DNA from: a virus
Lineage: Duplodnaviria; Caudoviricetes
Reading direction: 5' to 3' (one strand)
DNA: 64,000 nucleotides
Virus record (IMG/VR): IMGVR_UViG_3300005611_000002
Location: 1 to 64,000 of that record
In this document: positions 63,626 to 64,000 of the stretch, piece by piece
How the letters are laid out: every line of letters begins with the position of its first letter
How positions within the stretch are numbered: position 1 is the first letter of the stretch
Notes under the pieces: generated by a model
The model's database searches: none
Seen by the model: the letters and a program-made list of their open reading frames with translations, nothing else
Told to the model about the DNA's origin: nothing
Position numbers and translations under genes: made by a program

Positions 63626-64000
63626 TGTATATGGCATGGCTGTGTTACCCACACGATTATGATCCCGAATATGAAATTGAAGTAGAAACTAAGATTGTAT
63701 TTAAAGAACCCGATGGTTGGGAATACGCCAAGATTATTCCAATTCAATTTAGTGTTCTCCATCAATGGTCTGATAAAGACAAGGGGCTTTATAAATGAGT
63801 TATAAAGTATTTCTATTTGAAAACGACCATTGGCTCTACTGTAGTGATGTGACGCTGGAAGATGGTGTTTATCACGGTTGGGTAGAGAACGGTGCTTGGC
63901 ATCTAATGTATGACAGCAAACTCAAAGGATGGTTTGCTTGTCATAGCAGAGCCGCAGCAGACAGTCTTGTGGCAGTTACCAAAGGTTATAAGGAACTTGT

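Noticed and set aside
1-64000. Stop-codon reassignment or suppressor tRNAs
   Set aside because: Core genes read through in the standard code, and no CTA/TTA/TCA anticodon tRNA was found

Overview
A 64-kb segment of a large T4-like (Tevenvirinae-type) myophage genome. The host is most likely an alphaproteobacterium (possibly Rhodobacteraceae), inferred from a circularly permuted tmRNA, an alpha-type PstS, hemO/pcyX, DUF1127 and GANTC sites inside early promoters. The layout is as follows. (1) ~0.5-10 kb: a cluster of 18 intact tRNA genes plus tRNA halves, tRNA mimics and structured spacer RNAs, with two GIY-YIG endonucleases. (2) 10-15.9 kb: accessory and metabolic genes (RNase H-like, PstS, two-piece tmRNA, porin-like protein, heme oxygenase, bilin reductase). 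(3) 15.9-23 kb: gp33, gp59, gp32, and uvsX and gp41, each fractured by a split intein with an endonuclease between the halves. (4) 23-41 kb: proteins with a shared T4 internal-protein-like N-terminal motif, and a nine-gene glycosyl/sulfo/methyltransferase cluster. (5) 43-52.7 kb: lysis genes, primase, thyX, ATP-cone nrdB and a third split-intein gene, nrdA. (6) 52.7-64 kb: small early genes, and a phosphoesterase hit twice by HNH cassettes. The most notable items are the three split inteins (+1 residues Thr, Ser and Cys), a tmRNA whose intervening segment encodes a 51-aa ORF that loses its stop codon on processing, homing-endonuclease cassettes that appear to carry a replacement copy of the gene part they disrupt, and a GANTC-containing promoter cassette. 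All calls come from reading motifs by eye; no database searches or folding programs were run.
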